Below are positions 25,726-39,740 of a stretch of DNA of 64,000 nucleotides, piece after piece. The notes beneath the pieces are model-generated. The model was given only the letters and a program-made list of their open reading frames with translations. It did no database searches and was not told the DNA's origin. Each line of letters starts with the position of its first letter. Positions within the stretch are counted from its first letter, which is position 1. The stretch is taken from positions 240,498,001-240,562,000 of the forward strand of contig OZ024742.1 of the NCBI GenBank assembly GCA_964016885.1. Reading direction: 5' to 3'. A program made the translations under genes and the position numbers. Source of the DNA: Eledone cirrhosa (Eukaryota).

Positions 25726-27036
25726 TCTTTTCTTTTTCTTACTGGATGTGTAATGTTAGTGTGTATAAAGGATGAAGTTCAGGTGAATTGATAGAAAAAC
25801 TGGGCATAAGAGTGTGCAAGACTATATAAGATTGCACTGGTGTAGTGTGAATGGGTTAAGAAATGTGTGTGTGCGTGCACACACACAAAAAGCACCCAGT
25901 ACTCACTGTAAATGAGGTTAATGTTAGGAAGGGCATCCAGCTGTAGAAACCAAGTCAAAATCTGTTCTGTATGAGCAAGACATGGTCACCTGACCTAGCA
26001 TTGTCCACAATGTTGTAAATGGACATAAAACTGTGATGATGATATATATGGGATGATGTATCCTTTAAAAAAAATTTAAATAAATAAATTCTGCAAAATT
26101 TGTTGGAAAACATTTTATGTATGATTTCCAAGTTTAACTCAAGCCTAGAGGCTCATTAAGGTGGCACTTATTCTGCTGTAAAGCGGTTGGTGATAGGAAG
26201 GGTATCCAGTCGTAGAAAGCTTGCCAAACAAAGAGTTGGGAGGACACGTCAGCCTCCCTATTGTTGGTGATCTACAATCTACCCAGTACACAATGTAAAG
26301 TGGTTTATGATAGGAAGGGCATTCAGCCATGAAATGTTTGCCAAATAAAAAGTTAGGTCCCTTTAGCTGAGTCAAAGACATGACAACCTCTCTTGTGCTA
26401 ATACCACAATAAGATGCACTCAGTAAAACGTGGGACTATATGTAAGTAAGATGCAGAGCTCCTGCTCTGCCTGGGAGGTTAGTAGCCCTGCTTCAGTACT
26501 GATTTGGCTTATGAAGACCTGTCCACCTTTTGTTAGCAGGGAAAGTGAATATTAAAAAAATCAAGATGACAATGGCAGTCGCAGCGGATTGCCCGAATCA
26601 ATAGAGTGTTGCACAAAATGCTATGTGTTTTTTGTTCCAGTTGACTCTTTATGTTTTGAATTCAATTCCCAGAGATCAACTCAGCCTTTCATCCTTTTTT
26701 GGGGTGGTGGTGGTGGGGGTTGTGATAAAATAAAGTACCAGTCAAATACTGTGGTCAATTTAATTAGCTCCCTATTTTTTGCAAGCCTTGTAACCTAAAT
26801 TAGAAACCATATTATGTGAAATACTTTTTTATAAAAATACTGATTTTATTGTCAATGTTTAATTGTAAACATAACCCCATTTATTTATTTGTCTAATTTT
26901 TTTATTATTAAATTAATATTTATATTTATTTATATTTGTGACGTAACTGTCCAGTATTTCTGTCTTTGGTCTTAAGCATTTCTATTGTATTCTTCTATAA
27001 ATATTATTTATTATTATTATTTGTTGTTATTATTAT

Positions 27037-30000
27037 AAGACGGCAGTAACTATGGCGGAGTAAGTTAGTTGAATTTTTATGAGTTATCGAAAGTTCTATT
27101 TAATAATTTTTACATCCGTGTGTAGTTAAAGAACCCCTCTGTCAAAGGAGGTGTTTTTTTAACTGTATCTCGCGCCCTCGAGGGCTAAATTTGCTTTTAT
27201 TTACAATCATAACCCCCAAATTTTGTTTAAAAAAAACATGGCGGACAAAAAAAATTGTCCACAGGGAGGAACAGCGAGTTGTTCGGAGGGTGGAACAACC
27301 AGTTCCACCCAATCACAAGGCAAAGTAAAAAACAAGAGAAACAACAGCAGCAGCAGCAGCAGCGACAGCGACAGTGGTAGTGACAACAGCAGCAGCAGCC
27401 ACTGGAACAGTAGTGGAAATTATAACGAAAATTACCCTGCGTGACAAAAATCAAACAACAACACCACCACCACCACCCCAATAACAACAATAACAACAGC
27501 AACAGCCAATGGAGATGGTGTGGTTGACGGCGGCTGTCCTCGCTGATGTTGAAGATTCAACAACCATACTCAACGTCATGCGAATAAGACAGGAAAATTG
27601 GACAGGGTCGGGGATGGAGCTAATCATCCAAGCAAACCATGAGAGCATTGAAGCCATCCTCGATGTAATAGACCTGGACAACGGCAGCCATCTACCCGTG
27701 ACTGTCAAAGGTAGATGCCCAAGGTGTCATGGATGCGGTGACAAGACGCACCTTAAGGCATTCTGCCCCAAACTTACCAAAACAGGCACGCGCCACCCCT
27801 TCTCCCCATGCCATGCCCCGCAACTGGAGCAGAAAAACAAACAAAGACCACAGTGGCAGAAGAGAAATCACCATCCCCAACAACAAAAACACCATCTCTT
27901 TCACCACCCACAAAACCAATAGAAAGCATACCCCTTCTTGATATAGCCAAATCGGACAAGGAGTGCGATGAGGCCGAAAAGTGGAGAACTATTCCAACAA
28001 AAAAAAAGGAAGAACTCCCCCCCCCCCAAAAAAAAAAGAGGAAGAAAGAACCCTAAAAAAAAAGAAAATGAAAACTACCCCACCTCCTCCACCACCATCA
28101 ATAGCCACACCCCCACAACCACCTACACCATCACCACCAACACCACACCACCACCACCCTTAGCATCTACCCCCATCGTCACCTCCAACAACATGACAGC
28201 AAACACAGAAAGCACCAACACCCAAACAGCAGACACAATACACAGACAACACAAAACTTTTAAATTACATTCAACACCACACCAACATCACAGAAACAAA
28301 CTACGTACAAACCACCAAAATTGCCCCCCCCCACACACACACATAAAAATAATAGAAATTACACAAAAAAAATTACATAACATTAAAAAAAATGTTCCCC
28401 ACATCAATTGGACACTATCGAGGGAACATCACCAAAAGAATATTCACGGATATTCTCGTGGAGAAACCCACTAATGGTCGGGAGGATGGATCACCCACCC
28501 CCTTTCTAAAGAAGAGCCACAGGTAATTTTTTATAGCTCTCCCTTCTCACTTGTTTTCCTCCTATCCTAGCCAACATGGCTTCTCTCAGAATAGGTAGCA
28601 TAAATGTACGTGGCCATGGAGTGGCCGTGTTGTTACGGAGAAGTCTGGATCTTGAGATACGGGCCGTCTTCTTCGACCCAGAGGGTAAGTTGGTGGTACT
28701 GGACGTGACCAGTGGAGAAGGACAAGCTTTCAGGCTAGTGGCCACCTATGCCCCAACAGGAGCAGGGGGGGGGGGCATGAATTCTTCTGGCGTTTGGAGA
28801 CCTTTCTTGGAACGTCCCGCTCTCTAGTGTTAGGTGGCGACTGGAACGGGATCTTAGATGCACGCTGGGACTGTGTGGGATTAGCAGATAGGGGAGGAGG
28901 GTGCAAGAGCCTCACCAACCTGTTCAGGCGTTTTGAACTGTCTGACAGGTACCGATTGGATTTCCTGAATGTGCCAATATCGACTTGGACAAATCGCATA
29001 GGGTCATCCAGATCATATCTAGATAGAGTATTTTGTAGGGAAATAGATAGGTCTAGCATAGGCTGTCCACAATTCAAGATAGTCAGCTACACGGACCACA
29101 AATTTGTGATCTGTGTGCTTGACTTAGATAGCCTTCATAGATGAGGACCCGGCTACTGGAAGCTAAACGCGTCCTTACCAGCGCGCAAGGCCTACAGAGA
29201 CCGGATTAGCGAACTAGTTAAGTGGGCGTTGACGGGGGCCATCGTCAACAACAAGTGGTGGTTTGCTTTGAAAAGAGCAATTAGAATAGAGTCCATTAGG
29301 TTTAGTAAGGCTTTAGCAATAGAGAAAAATAGAGCAGAGGGAGAATTAGTTAGAAAATTAGATGAGGCGCTTAGCGAAGGCATCGCGACCGACGTACTTG
29401 CGGCGAAATTGGCCCTTGACCAATTCTTCATTGCAAAGCACGAAGGCTGCGTTGTCAGAGCTAGGGTGCATGCTCTCAGACACGAGGGGACGAAAGCCGT
29501 TCAATGGGCCCGAGTTGCGGAGGCGCGTCGTGGCAACGAAGCCACAATCCGGTCTTTGGTGGACCACGACGGGCGCATGCTACTCGATCCCAGGCAAATG
29601 TGTGAAGCTTTTCAGCGACACTTCGCTCAGCTGTTCGGGGGCAGTGGCGGGCCGGATCGAGGGATGGACTTTAGTGTCTACCTCGACGGACTGCTGCGGC
29701 TCTCGGCCAGTGAGGCGGAGTGTTGCGAAAAGCCGATAACAGCCGCTGAAGTATGGGAGGCAATGACTGGCTGCACAAGGGGTAAATCGCCTGGTTTGGA
29801 TGGTCTGCTCTATGAACTTTACGTACAGATGCCAGACTTGTTCGGAGGCCTCTTGGCGGACGTCTACTGCAACTGACACTAGAACGGGAGAATTCCCAGC
29901 TCTGTGAGCCGAGGGGCTGTGGCGCTGCTGAGAAAGGATCCGAACAAGGGGGATAACATAGATAATTTCAGGCCTATAACTCTGCTAAACACAGAGTTCA

Positions 30001-31888
30001 AGATTTTGGCCAAGGTGCTACCAAAGAGGTTGGCGCTTGTCGTTGGTAGTCTGGTGGGAGAGGCGCAGACGTGCGCCTCTCCCGACAGATCCAACCACGA
30101 CAACCTCCACCTCATGCGATACATCGTAGAGAGGGTAGCTAGGGAACCTGGCATGGGTGGGTCCTTGATCAATTTAGATCAGTCGAAAGCTTTCGATAGG
30201 GTCGACCATCGTTACCTAGCGGCAGTCCTGAGGGCGGCTGGCTTTGGGCCCGTCTTCAGAGGCTGGATCGCTGCCATGCACAGCGACATCTGCTCTTTCG
30301 GAACCGTTCAACATCATGCGCTCGGACCGCCAAGGATGTCCCCTCTCATCCCTCTTGTACGTATTGACTCTCGAGCCATTACTGCACAAACTGGAGACGT
30401 TGAGGGGGGGTCCTGCGCGAACTAGGATGCGGAAGATCCGTGTCAGCATATGCGGACGATGTCACCGTAGTGGTGTCGAACGCCAAACACATCGAGGCGA
30501 TCGGCACTACACTAAGAGAATATGAAGCGGTGACAGGAGCAATGATCAACCAGGAAAAGTCAGTGGGCCTGCAGCTTGGCACCTGGAGAAGCAGGTCCAT
30601 GCTGTCCAACAGCGTCGTCGGGCGCTGGACGGACGGACCGGTTAAATTGCTAGGGGTCTGGTTTGGTCCAGACCCCCAGACGGACAAAAACTGGGACGAG
30701 GTGACGAGCAGGGTGGCTTCTCTCACCCAGAAATGGGTGGAGAGGAAGCTATCCCTGAAAGGTCGAGCGGAGGTGGCTAACGCGTACATCGCGTCCGTCA
30801 TCTACTACTGCCTGACCGTCGTACCTTGTCCTAAGCCCCGCCAGGTGTGGTTGTTGTTTGCTAGACACGTCTTTCCCCAGCTCGTCTCCTTGACGGAGCT
30901 GCAGTCCTGGGTCAAGCAAAGACCGAGAAGGAGCGCTTGGAGACTGGAATGTCTTCAGGCGCTCACAGCCCTCGACCAATCGGGCAATGTGATCGGTGGA
31001 AACTCCACCTCAGCGTTCTATAGAGGATTAGTGGAAAGGAAGAGCGACGACGTACTTGGGGAAACTCTAGGCGTCGACGAAAAACAACTAGCCAATCTCT
31101 TCAGAAGGACTTTCGGGCCGGGGCCTATGGACAACTTCCAGAAATCCCTGGCCTGGCAGTGCTACCGAGGAGCTTTGCCAGTTCGGGATAAACTCTACAG
31201 GCATGGAGGTGCCGTCAGCCGGGCATGTCCGAGATGCGCGCAGGGCGACGAAACCGTCCTGCACGCACTCGTCCAGTGTCCGAGCATTGCTGACTTGTGG
31301 GTTTATGTCTAACACCTGTTGTCACGTGTAGGATGGATCCAGCTATCAGCTGAGTCCATCGTGAGGATAGTCCCGCCCTCTTCCTTTAGCCGGGAAGGGC
31401 AGGCAGTTTTTATCTGTCTGGTGGCCCTGGCGAAAGAGATAGTATGGTGGACACGTTTGAAAGGGCTGAAGACGAGCACTTACCTCTTTGGTGATGCCCT
31501 AATTAACTTTTTCAAATTTCATTTGAAAAGGAAAATCAGGGTAGAGAGGGAAGTGCTCTCTTCCCAGCATTTTGTTGAAAGATGGGTGAGAGAAGCAAGT
31601 ATGGCCTGAGTGAATGGGCCTACTCTGAGTATGTGTCTGTAAATTAAAGGTGGAAAACTGGGAGAGGGCACTTGCCCTGGTGGTCAGGGTCACTGTGGCC
31701 TTTTAATGGGCTTTCTCCACAAATGTCCCTCGGAAGTCTCCCCCCTATTGGGGAATTTTTCATTGTTATTTTTTATTACATCCTCTGTTTTTTTTTACAC
31801 GCAGAAATGCCCATTTGTACCGTTCTGTATTGTCCTGTACTGTCCTTAATGTCTACTTTATGTAAACCCTTGTGGTTAATAAAGAAAG

Positions 31889-31920
<32 letters not shown>
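27037..31920 (+). mobile_element. Full-length degraded L1/Tx1-clade LINE
   Basis: ORF1 from ~27238 with gag-like knuckle CHGCGDKTHLKAFC. ORF2 from 28576: MASLRIGSINVRG, GGDWN, KSPGLDGL, FRPITLLNTEFKIL, DQSKAFDRVDH, RQGCPLS, YADD and CPRC..ETVLHALVQC. Several stops and frameshifts. AATAAA and a (TTA)10 tail. Confidence 0.93.
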
Positions 31921-32739
31921 GGTTGGTGGTGGATTGGCAGTATCGGTAGAGCGTAGGACAACATGCTTCATGGCATCGAGTTACGGCCTTTGCGTTCTGA
32001 TTTCAAATTCCGCTGAGGTTAGCTTTGTCTTTCATCCTTAAGGGGTCAATAAAAGCACCAGTAATGCACTGGAGTCTCAATTTAATCAACTTTCCTCTCC
32101 CCTTCAAATTGCTGGCCTTGTACCTGAATTAGAATTATTATTATTAATTATTGTTAGGGCGGTGGATTGGCAGTATCAGTAGAGGGTCAGACGCCATGCT
32201 TTGCGGCAAAGAGTTATGCCCCTTTACAGACTGATTTCAAATTTCGCTGAAGTTAACTTTACCTTTCATCCTTACGGGGTCGATAAAATAAAGTACCAGT
32301 AATGTACTGGGTAATTGCTGGCCTTGTGCCAAATGTAGAAGCATTTATTAATTTTAAACATGTAAATAAAATGTTAGGGTGTTGGATTAACCCTTTTGTG
32401 ACCGTATTTCTAATGAAATACAGTCTTTTTCAATTAATTGATGAATAATTTTGAGAGATTTATTAAAATCATTAATTATTTCATTACTAAGATAGTATCT
32501 TAACACATGGGTCTTGAATAAAATTAGTTGATAAGCTCACTTTTCTTACAACTATTCCTTGTAGAGGGCTTGAAATGTTCACTATGCTCACATTTTTAAT
32601 TTAATTTTTTTTATTATTCAAATGAAAAAAAAAATTATTTTGGGAAAATTTAGAAAAGACCAAATTGTAGAAAAAATTAAAATATTTTAGAAAATTTAAT
32701 GCTATGTAAATGTTACATTTGATAAAAAAACATTAAAAC

Positions 32740-33450
32740 CTGTGTGTGTGCTGATGGCCTGGATCTCTGGAAAGGCACCTAAGCAATGTCAATCGGGAGT
32801 GATAATCCCAGTTTTCAAAAAGGTAGACAAGAGAGATTGTTCCAATTACAGAGGGATCTCCTTGTTAAGCCTCTCTGGTAAAGACTATGCTATGTGTTTG
32901 GCAAAGAGATGTAGGGAGATTGTTGAGTCCAAGCTAGCTGATGAACAGGTTGGTTTTTGCCCTGGCCACAGCACAGTCATCCAAATATTCACACTGCAGC
33001 AGAACTTCAAGAAATCGTAGGAGTATTGCTAAGAGGTATATTCTTGTTTTGTAGGCTTCGAAAAGGCACATGACTGCGTTCCTCGGGACCTGCTGTGGAA
33101 GGTTCTGTAGGAGTATCGGGTCAATGATCAGCTTCTTGCTGTCTTGATTGTTCCAAATAAATGCCCAAGTATTTGTGTTCAGATAAATAGTGCTAAATCA
33201 AAACTATTCAATGTGGGAGTCAGACTCCACCAAGGGTGGTGTACTGTCCCCTCTCCTGTTCATTATTTACATGAACAGCATTGACATGCACAGCCAGGTT
33301 GGAAGTGGTATCTTGACTGGCAGGTGTAAAATCAGTCGGCTGGAATTTGCAGACGGAAGGTGATCTCCGACTTTCACTTGATAGGTTTGATGCTGAGTGT
33401 TGCATGGCTGGAATGTAAATCAGTGCTGCAAAAACTGAGACACTCAGGTG
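32740..33450 (+). mobile_element. Old RTE-clade RT fragment
   Basis: VIIPVFKK..CSNYRGISLLSL, EQVGF.PG, FEKAHD.VPR, interrupted by many stops. Confidence 0.8.
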
Positions 33451-33509
33451 GCAGCAATTCCGGTTGATGTGAAAGCCATAGTAATTTTTCTTTACTGTCA
33501 CATTCTGAC

Positions 33510-35170
33510 CTAAATTAAATTCAGAAAAGTCTTTTCAGCTCTACCAGGTGCATGCAAAAAAATAAATTCACCTTTTCTTTTGTTGACTTTTTGTATAATT
33601 TTATTGTATTCAACTGTTGGCTCCAGAGTCAGTTTTACTAACATTGTTTTCAACAAAAATTTTAAGTCTTCAACATTGTAGTGTCTTTCTCAGAAAATCT
33701 CTCTGCAAAGTTCAAAGTTCTATTTGGCACAGAAATTCCAAATTGGCTTAGATGTTTTTGCACTTAGCTTGGTAGTCTAATTTCCGAGTAGTATTAAAGA
33801 TTCATTGATTATTGTCTCATTGTAATTGATTTCAATTGTCTGATTGTTTAACTAATACCTTTTCAAAATGTCTTCAGAACATGCTTTCCATGTACTTCTC
33901 CCAAAGTCCAACACAGTTGCTTAAATTGCAAATTGCAAGTGTTATTTCAACTAAATTTGTCATGTCAACTGGTGAGTGTATTGCTTCTTCATCACAAAGA
34001 GCACCATTTCAATATAAATGACCGTCAAGCAATCCAAGAAGACAGCAAGTTTCACGATATCTATCAACAACACTTCCATTTACTATTGGGCCTTTAATTT
34101 GAACAATTCTCTTCTACTTTTTAGTTGATGCATTCCACGTAAAGGATAGTGTATTTAGTAATACATCAAAGTTTAGGCAAATTCATCAGTATGAAGTTGG
34201 TGTTGTTCTTGGATTCTGGATTCTTTCCCTAGCATTATTCTCAATGACCATTTTCAAGATGTATATTGAGATGTACCATAATTCTAAAGTTAAACATTTT
34301 CCAGAAAATTCCATTGCTGTTGAGATAAGTGTCCAATCTAGTAGGAAGTGATTTTGTTATTTTCTTTCTTTTCAATTCTAAAACCTGCTTGGTTGCTTCC
34401 TTTATTGACATACTTGCATATGTTGAATTACAGATTTTGACATTGATATAAGCATTGAACATTCTGTTCAGCAGTGAACAAACAGTATGGTGAAAACTAC
34501 TGGTTATCAACTATAACTTCTCGACTGCAGACCTATAATTTAGTTGGAAATCTATAATTATTAGTATTTTGATCACAGGTTGTTAACTATAACTTCTCGA
34601 CTGCAGACCTATAATTTAGTAGGAAATCTATAATTATTAGTACTTTGATCACAAGTTGTCAACTGTAGCTTGTAGACTGCAGACTTATAATTTTGTAGGA
34701 AATCTGTCATTATTAGTACTTTGATGACTGGTTGTCAACTGTAACATTTCAACTGCAGAGCTATAATTTAGTAGAAAGTCCAATTTTATATGTACTGTGA
34801 TCATTGTTTGCCAACTGTAACACTTTGGCAATAATATCGTGGCAATGTTGGATTGTTTGTCCTTGGAAAAATCCTTGTATCTCTTTCCATTTTGAATTCC
34901 ATGTAAAAGTGATAAAAAGGTTTGGTTGTTCATAATTGTTGATATATATAATTGCATCCAGTGTCTTCTAGTGCATGTATCGTGGGCCACCATCAAAGGA
35001 TAAGAGCAAAATAACCAATCATTATCATACTCTTTACTGCATCCTTCAATTGTATGTAGTCTTCTACTCGCTGTTTTTTCTGGTTGTAACAAATAAAATT
35101 AAGATGTTCTGTTTCAGTTTTTACAACTGCAAGTTGACTTAACAAAACTAAAACTGTTGTGAGAAGTAAA
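33510..35170 (-). mobile_element. Decayed Helitron Rep-helicase, internally deleted
   Basis: Minus strand: KTETEHLNFICYNQKKQRVEDYIQLKDAV and GGPRYMH...PNLFITFTWNSKW (Rep N-region), YRETCCLLGLL, LWEKYMESM, and FLHAPGRAEKTFL (degenerate Pif1 Walker A, LDAPGGTGKTFL). Confidence 0.8.
34500..34830. repeat. 76-bp minisatellite, ~4.3 units
   Basis: Unit starts at 34509, 34585, 34661, 34737 and 34813. Confidence 0.9.
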
Positions 35171-35839
35171 TGATGTGATTCAGTTTTTCGTAACATTATT
35201 AAAATATTTGAGTTACGGCACTTGCCATTCTGAGTTCAACTCCTGCCGAGGTTAACTTTGCCTTTCATCCTTACGGGGTCGATAAAATAAAGTACCAGTA
35301 ATACACTGGGGTAATAGCTGGCCTTGTGCCAAAAGTAAAAACAATTATTAAAATATGAGTTTGAAGTGGGAGTATACATAACTGATCCACTTTCTCAAAT
35401 CATTGCTTTCTTTGAAGGTGGGTCAATGCTGGAAATCCTTTCAAGAGCTACTCAAGCATCAGCTGCATTGTTTGGGATTGGGTAACAAAGGGGTTAAAGT
35501 ATTTTATTTGTCAAGAGCATGAATGATCAGATGAATATAGTTCTGGACAACCAGCCAAAAGTTTATATCATATTGCTAATACTGCTGCTGTGCAACCAAA
35601 GCAGTTAACTTTCTAATGACCCACTCCATTTAACTGTAAAGGTGTTGCAGGATAGGAACATAATGATTGCTGTTAGCAGTGATGACACTACCATAAAATT
35701 GAATAGGATTTTGTAGGTTTGACAAGAACTTCAAAGTTAAACTGAAACTCATGTGTGTTTTAATACTCTCCATCTTTTTATATGTCTGCAAGACATGGAT
35801 GTTCACAGTGGAATTACGGAGGAAAATACTGACATTCAA

Positions 35840-36215
35840 AAGAAGATGCTACAGAAAAACCATGGCATCTCTTATATGGAACACATAAGCAATGAAAGCA
35901 TTTACACAGCAATCAAATAACATGTTGACAACTAAAAAAACTTGTTTGCTACTGTAAAGGAAAGAAAAATGAGATGGTATGGTCACATGACAAGATCTGG
36001 TTGTTCGACTAAGACTATCCTCCAAGGAACTGTTCAAGGAAAAAGAAGGCAAGAAATCTGAAGAAGAAATAGGTGGATAACAACAAGGAATGGACCAGTA
36101 AAGACTTTGCAACAACCCAAGACCTGCCTTACAACAGAGATGGATGGACAGAGTTAGTACACTGCTCCATTCTTCAGCACCCCTACAACCCTGGAATGTC
36201 AAGTGAAATGAAGTG
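35840..36215 (+). mobile_element. Old BovB-like RTE 3' end
   Basis: KMRWYGHMTRS..TKTILQGTVQGKRR motif and an (AAGTG)-like tail. Confidence 0.65.
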
Positions 36216-36917
36216 ATATTAAATTCATCATTTTGTTTTCAATCTATGAGGAAATAAGTAGATTTACATGTTTATATGTTTGCATGCTCAATGTGTATAA
36301 TGTACAGATATTTATATTTATATATTTGTAATGTTACAGGCATAGTGAAATTCATTAATACATATATACATTTATTTATCTACTATTACCCACTATTATA
36401 GGCACGTGGCATAGTCGTTAGGGCTTACCATTATCAGGTTGTGAGTTTGATTCCCAAACCGGACGGTGTATTGTGTCCTTGAGTAAGACACTATTTCGTA
36501 CTGTTTCAGTTTACTCAGCTGTAGAAATGAGTTGCAACATCATTGGTGCAAAGCTGTATCAGCTTTTGCCTATCCCTTGGACAACATCAGTGGTGTGGAG
36601 AGGGGAGACTGCTATGCATGGTCTTCTACAAAAAAAAAAAACTTTGCTCAAACTTTGTGCCTTGGAGGGGAACTTTCTGCAAAGCTCATGGTCATTTGTG
36701 TCCAAAGGGGGTCTCTACCTCTACCACCCACAGTGTTAAACTATATTTCCAGATTCCCCTGTCATATATGGATAACACATTATTTATTCATCAACTTTTA
36801 CCAACAGTAGTAAGCATATACTTCCAAATTTAACTATCATATGACTGGTAGAATTCTAGTATAAAAATATTGCTTAATCATTGCAATATGTGTTTCCTCT
36901 TTATTTTCTTATTTTAG

Positions 36918-37006
36918 GTACTCTTTTAGAAAATTCAAAAATAGAAGTTGTTTTTGCCAAACCAGTAGAAAAGACAGACCGAATCAAAAGAATGAACTAT
37001 TCACAG
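36918..37006 (+). CDS. Same gene, exon completing RRM3
   Basis: attttag acceptor, GTAATG donor, phase 1 to 0. (G)TLLENSKIEVVFAKPVEKTDRIKRMNYSQ matches the family motif G..IEV.LAKPVDK. Confidence 0.9.
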
Positions 37007-38856
37007 GTAATGTTGAATATATTCAGAACCTAAATATTTTCAAGTATTTTCTTTTACTCTTTACTTATTTACTGGTTTCAACTATCTAGCTGTGGCCATG
37101 CCCTACACTATTGTGAGATTTATTGTATCATCATCATTTAATGCCTGCTCTCCCTGCTAGCAAGGGTTGGATGGGTGTACGTAGACCAACTCAGTACTGA
37201 ATCGGGTCTACTGACCTCCCAGGCAGGCTAGGAGTCTGCAGCTTGCTTATGTACAGTCTCATGTTCTACTGGGTGCATCAGAGAAGTTGTTATATTTTTG
37301 ATACAACTGAAGGATCCTCCCAACCCTTTGTTTAGAAAGCTTTCTTTGGCTGGATACTCTTCCTATGGTAAATTATGAATGAAGGAATTTGATGCTGCTG
37401 CTCCTTTCTGTTAATCATGCTGCAATGTAGGCTAACCTAGGTTTGTATATAGTAGAATGCCTAAGTAATTTTTGAAAGCGTTGACATCTAAAACAATAAG
37501 CGACATTTAACTCCTGATAGTCATAGGGGCACCATCCTAACACACAGTGTGCCTCGGATATTTTAAACATGGCAGAGCCCATCCCTCTATAGACCCACCT
37601 AGTGCTGTTGCCATGATAAAACACAGCCAGTACACTCAGTAAAGTATGTGAATGTGTGTAAACGAGATATACGCCTTGGCCCGTCTGAGAGGTCAGTAGT
37701 TCTGACTAAGTACTGACATGGTCTATAATGACCTGTCCAACCTTTGCTTGCAGGGGAAATTGGTGTTAAATGATGATGATGATATTCAAAATGACTATAA
37801 ATTTCTGATTATGGCTATAGTGATGCTCTTGTTTGTTAATAGAAATTATCAGAGGTGTTAATCTCTCAATTGAGAAGCATATAAGTGAGTCAAAGAACCA
37901 CATTAACTTTAGTTAAAGACTTAGTATATTTTTGACAAAAGAAGGCATAGCGGTGGGGTTAAGAATTTTGCTTTACATCCATGTGGTCTTGGGTTTTATA
38001 CACTGTGTGGTACCTTCTACTATTGCCCATGGTCGAACAATGTCTTATGAATGAATTTGGTAGATGGAAACTATAAGGAAGCCCATCACATATATATATA
38101 TATATATATTAGAAAGTGAGGTTTTTTTTTACAAAATGAAAAATAACCGAGGTGTCCTACACGAGTGAAAGTATAAAGAAAAAGAGATGAAATCGAAAAT
38201 GCAACTGGAGTCTTATTTAAAAAAAAAATATATATATTTATTTGGTTCCTTTTTTTTTAAAATATATATATTTATTTGAAAAGCAGAAGAACTGCGAAAC
38301 CGGTAAAGGAACCAAATAAATATATATATTTAAAAAAAAAATAAGACTCCAGTTGCATTTTCGATTTCATCTCTTTTTCTTTATATATATATATATGTGT
38401 GTGTGTATGCCTGAGTGTTTGTCTTTTTTCTTCATACTTGACGTCTCAGGAGTTAATATTTTGTTTACATTCCATATAAATAGATATCTCACTGCTCAGT
38501 GGTTAGATATGTGAAGATCCATGCTTTTCTTAAAAAAACAATTGAGGATTGGCATGGAGATGCCCATAGAATTCTGCCTCAAAAATTCTTGCCCAACCAA
38601 TGCTAGCATGGAAAAACATCTGAAAAACTGATGAGGATGATGATGATGATGAACTTATTTTATAATTAGAAAGATTATGACAGACAGTGTTGACCTCATT
38701 GGGATTTGGGCTCAGAATGTAGCGGACCATTATTAAGTGCTGCAAGACATTTTTTGATTTTAATGATTGCTAATCCACCACCTTGGTGATGATAATGATA
38801 ATAATAATGGTTTTTAATTTGGGCAGCAGAACTTCAACACAGAAGGTAAAGTGAAG

Positions 38857-39170
38857 ACACGTGGCTTTGTGGTTAGTGTGTTGGGCTTGCAATCACGAGG
38901 TTGTGAGTTTGACTCCTGGACTGGGTGATGCAGTGTGTCCTTGAGCAAGACAGCTTATTTCATGTTGCTCCAGTTTATTCAGCTGTAAAACTGAGTTGCG
39001 ACGTCACTGGTACCAAGCTGTATCAGCCATTGCCTTTCCCTTGGACAACATTGGTGGAGAGGAGAGCAGAGACCAGTATGCATGGGCGACTGCTGGTCTT
39101 CCACAAAATACCTTGCTCAGACATGTTACCTCAGAGGAAAATTTCTAGGTGCTATTCCCATGATCAAAAG
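38857..39170 (+). mobile_element. tRNA-derived SINE, second family (CORE/V-like body)
   Basis: TGGCTTTGTGG A-box, GAGTTTGACTCC B-box, body ccttgagcaagacagcttatttcatgttgctccag. Related copies at 36400-36700, 59006-59280, 47140-47400(-) and 50050-50250(-). Confidence 0.7.
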
Positions 39171-39400
39171 AGTTTTTTTACTAGCAGTGATTCCAATGAC
39201 TGATATTTCAATTCATATATTTTAATCTGTTTCTTTTAGAACTTAATTTCCAATTTATTGATGTTCTAAATCTTACTCTAGATTAATTTTGTAAAACTGA
39301 CAATATTGTAAGACACTTTACCCGTTTGATACTAACCTGCCTGAAACTTCCCCTTGTTCTGTGATAAAACTGTCCATTTTAAAGTGTTTATCTATAACTT

Positions 39401-39740
39401 GAATGTCAGGTCAGGCTTTTGCATATAACCCTCTACAACTTGCTTCATGGTTGAGTGGTCAGTGACTAAATCAGCTCTTCCACCAGGCCCTGGTCTGGTG
39501 AGGAGAATAAGTGGAACCCCAGCAGCACAAAAAACAAGAGCTGTAAAAAGGGAAGTGAACTCCTTAGAGTCAATGGCCACCCACCCCAACTATGGATATA
39601 ACCTCACCAATCTACAATTGGCCAAGTGTGATGAGTATGGCTACACCACTGACATGACCCAAAACAAACAGAAAGTGGTGGAGGTTAACCAGGGAGGGGG
39701 TTCCTCCAACATGACTGAGAAGGCCCTGAATTGGATTGGA
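39401..39740 (+). mobile_element. ~340-bp element sharing its head with the 610-bp RTE derivative
   Basis: Shares gtcaggtca...catggt..gactaaa...ggtgaggag...agagtcaatggcca with 623-810. (TTGGA)2 tail. Possible 10-bp TSD tctataactt / tctctaactt. Confidence 0.6.

Noticed and set aside
25629-25753. Poly-Tyr C-terminal extension of the RRM ORF
   Set aside because: It lies past the GTATGT splice donor and is an intronic (CTA)n microsatellite.
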